A stretch of DNA of 64,000 bases from Mobula hypostoma (lineage: Eukaryota): positions 186,001-250,000 of the forward strand of contig NW_026948140.1 of the NCBI RefSeq assembly GCF_963921235.1, written 5' to 3'. The notes under the pieces were generated by a model that did no database searches, was not told the DNA's origin, and saw only the letters and a list, made by a program, of their open reading frames with translations. The translations under genes and the position numbers were made by a program. Shown in pieces: positions 60,880 to 64,000 of this stretch (the stretch's first letter is position 1; every line of letters starts with the position of its first letter).

Positions 60880-62436
60880 CAGACCCTGGTATTTGATTTA
60901 ATTACACATACAACTGAGATTCTTTTTCCTGCAGACATACCCATCAAATCTATAGGATAGCAGCTATAACAGGATCAATGAAAGTTCAAGTAGAACATTC
61001 ATGGCTCTGCCTGTCTAAGTAGATAATGGATGCGCCCGTTCCGGGAAGCAGATCTGAGCAATGAATATGGAGATCCTGGGCTGCCCAGACATCAAGATCC
61101 CCCTCTCGGCCTCACCGATGTGGTCCAAAGGAATGCGAAGCAGTACATTTGGCATCAGCTTGGCTGCAGGAGCTGCCGGGAGGTGACATGATACGTCATC
61201 CAACCGCCTTAGGGGCTCCACTCCGGATTTGTGTAGGGTTTACTCCTTAGCCTTCTCTTCTCCCGAAGATACCCACAAGGCAGTGGGATCCATAACCCTG
61301 GATAGGGGCCCATTCCGGGTACTGTCAGCTGGAGCCAGCTGAGCCCAGGGCTTGAGTAAAGCGGTGTTGTCACGCCCTGTAGTAGTGACATATGGAGCCA
61401 CTACCCACTACCCTAAGTAGAGCATAGAAGACAACAAACTGTGCAAATGCAAATATAAATAAATAGCAATAAATACTGAGAGCACAGAATAACAAGATAA
61501 AGAATCCTTGAAGTGAGATCATTGGTGTGGGAACATCTCAAGGAATGAGAGTAGTTATCACATTGTTCAACAGCCTGATGGCTGAGGGGTAGTAACTGTT
61601 CTTGAATCTGGTAATGCGAGGCCTGAGGCTCTTGTACTCTCTACCTGATGGCAGCAGTGAGAAAAGATCATGGCCTGGGTGGTAAGGATCTTTGATGATG
61701 GATTCTGCTTTCCTATGACAGTTTTTTATGTGGATGTGTTCAATGGTTAGAAACATAGAAAACCTATAGCACAATACATGCCCTTCGGCCCACAAAGCTG
61801 TGCCAAACATGCCCCTACCTTACAACCACCTAGGCTTTACCCATAGCCCTCTATTTTTCTAAACTCCATGTAGCCATCCAGGAGTCTCTTAAAAGACCCT
61901 ATCATTTCCACCTCTACCACCGCCCCCAGCAGCCCATTCCACGCAGTCACCACTCTGTGTTAAAAACTTACCCCTGACATCTCCTCTGTACCTACTTCCA
62001 AGCGCCTTAAAACTATAGCCTCTCGTGCTAGCCATTTCAGCCCTGGAAAAAAGCCTCTGACTATCCACACGATCAATGCTTCTCATTATCTTGTACACCT
62101 CTATCAGGTCACCTCTCATCCTCCGTCGCTCCAAGCAGAAAAGGCCAAGTTCACTCAACCTATTCTCGTAAGGCATTCAGGCAACATCCTTGTAAACCTC
62201 CCCTGCACCCTTTCTATGGTTTCCACGTCCTATGGTTGGGAGAGGTTTACGTGTGATGTACTGGGCTGAATCCACGATCTTTTGTAGTACAGTATTTTCC
62301 ATGCAAAGACCATACCAGGCTGTGATGCAGCAAGTCAATACACTCTCTGCTATGCATCTCTAGAAGTCTGTCAAAGTTATTGATGTTATGCAAATCTCCA
62401 TAGACTCCTGAGGAAGTAGAGGTGCTGTTGTGTTTT
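60880..62436 (-). mobile_element. Rex1/Babar-type 3' fragment split by insertions at 60999-61414 and 61749-62231 (CR1 3' fragment, ATGGTT at both junctions)
   Basis: QQHLYFLRSLWRF and IIKDPYHPGHDLFSLLPSGR pieces are collinear. Confidence 0.8.
60999..61414 (-). mobile_element. 416-bp non-coding insertion, probably derived from an RTE LINE 5' UTR
   Basis: 11-bp TSD AAGTAGA(A/G)CAT at 60988-60998 and 61415-61425. GC-rich and highly self-complementary. The RTE assignment and orientation are from recalled similarity only. Confidence 0.6.
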
Positions 62437-64000
62437 CATAGAACATAGAATAGTACAGCACAGTACAGGCCCTTCGGTCCACAATATTGTGCTGAACCTC
62501 AAACCCTGCCTCCCATATAAGCCCCACCCCAACTTAAATGCCTCCATATACCTGTGTAGTAGTCTCTTAAGCTTCACCAGTGTATCTGCCTCCACCACTG
62601 ACTCAGGCAGTGCATTCCTCGCACCAACCACTCTCTGAGTAAAAAACCTTCCTCTAATATCTCCCTTGAACTTCCCACCCCTTACCTGAAAGCCATGTCC
62701 TCTTGTATTGAGCAGTGGTGCCCTGGGGAAGAGGTGCTGGCTATCCACTCTATCAATTCCTCTTATTATCTTGTACACCTCTATCATGTCTCCTCTCATC
62801 CTCCTTCTCTCCAAAGAGTAAAGCCCTAGCTCCCTTAATCTCTGATCATAATGCATACTCTCTAAACCAGGCAGCATTCTGGTAAATCTCCTCTGTACCT
62901 TTTCTAATGCTTCCACATCCTTCCTATAGTGAGGCGACCAGAACTGGACACAGTACTCCAAATGTGGCCTAACCAGAGTTTTATAGAGCTGCATCATTAC
63001 ATCGTGACTCTTAAACTCTATCCCTCGACTTATGAAAGCTAACACCCCATAAGCTTTCTTAACTACCCTATCTACCTGTGAGGCTACTTTCAGGAATCTG
63101 TGAACATGTACCCCGAGATCCCTCTGCTCCTCCACACTACCAAGTATCCTGCCATTTACTTTGTACTCTGCCTTGGAGTTTGTCCTTCAAAAGTGTACCA
63201 CCTCACACTTCTCCGGGTTGAACTCCATCTGCCACTTCTCAGCCCACTTCTGCATCCTATCAATGTCTCTCTGCAATCTTTGACAATCCTCTACACTATC
63301 TACAACACCACCAACCTGTGTCGTCTGCAAACTTGCCAGCCCACTCTTCTACCCCAACATCCAGGTCGTTAATAAAAATCACGAAAAGTAGAGGTCCCAG
63401 AACAGATCCTTGTGGGACATCACTAGTCACAATCCTCCACTCTGAATGTACTCCCTGCACCACCACCCTCTGCCTTCTGCAGGCAAGCCAATTCTGAATC
63501 CACCTGGCCAAACTTCCCTGGATCTCATGCCTTCTGACTTTCTGAATAAACTTACCATGTGGAACCTTGTCAAATGCCTTACTAAAATCCAGATAGATCA
63601 CATCCACTGCACTACCCTCATCTATGTGCCTGGTCACCTCCTCAAAGAACTCTATCAGGCTTGTCAGACAGGTTCTGCCCATCACAAAGCCATGCTGATT
63701 GTCCCTGATCAGACCAAGATTCTCTAAATGCCCAGAGATCCTATCTCTAAGAATCTTTTACAACAGCTTTCCCACCACAGACATAAGGCTCACTGGTCTA
63801 TAATTACCCAGACTATCCCTGCTACCTTTTTTGAACAAGGGGAAAACATTCGCCTCCCTCCAATCCTCCGGTACCATTCCCATGGACAACGAGGACATAA
63901 AGATCCTAGCCAGAGGCTCATCAATCTCTTCCCTCACCTCATGGAGCAGCCTGGAGAATATTCCATCTGGCCCCGGGGACTTATCTGTCCTAATGTATTT
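62437..64000 (-). mobile_element. CR1 RT to 3' end (continues past the window)
   Basis: [29 protein letters not shown] and a TTCTATG tail. Confidence 0.95.

Noticed and set aside
61239..61414. Formal call of an HDV-like or twister ribozyme
   Set aside because: P1/P2 of HDV and P4/T1/T2 of twister could not be assembled convincingly; it is kept only as a candidate structure.

Overview
This is eukaryotic, not prokaryotic, DNA. The CR1, V-SINE, Rex1/Babar and Penelope repeat mix suggests a cartilaginous fish (inference). By eye, roughly 90% of the window is a nested graveyard of decayed transposons. It holds many CR1 LINE fragments, Rex1/Babar, L1 and Tx1-like LINEs, a Tc1 remnant, SINEs, four solo LTRs with target-site duplications (TSDs), and Penelope-like elements carrying minimal hammerhead ribozyme motifs. 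It also holds a complete but dead Gmr1-like Gypsy provirus (16952-25915, minus strand) with a SCAN-like gag, integrase placed before RT, and a perfect tRNA-Pro PBS. The only host gene I can support is the last coding exon of an IFITM/dispanin (CD225) gene (54188-54018, minus strand); I could not find its first exon in the window. The most notable structures are: a twin-priming-type inverted L1 in the presumed IFITM intron; an intact Penelope hammerhead plus a fold-back Penelope mini-insertion with a 13-bp TSD; a candidate pseudoknotted RNA in a short non-coding RTE-like insertion; and an L1 flanked by a ~150-bp duplication. I found no convincing wholly new biological system. Family assignments come from motif recognition, not database searches, and boundaries without a TSD are approximate.
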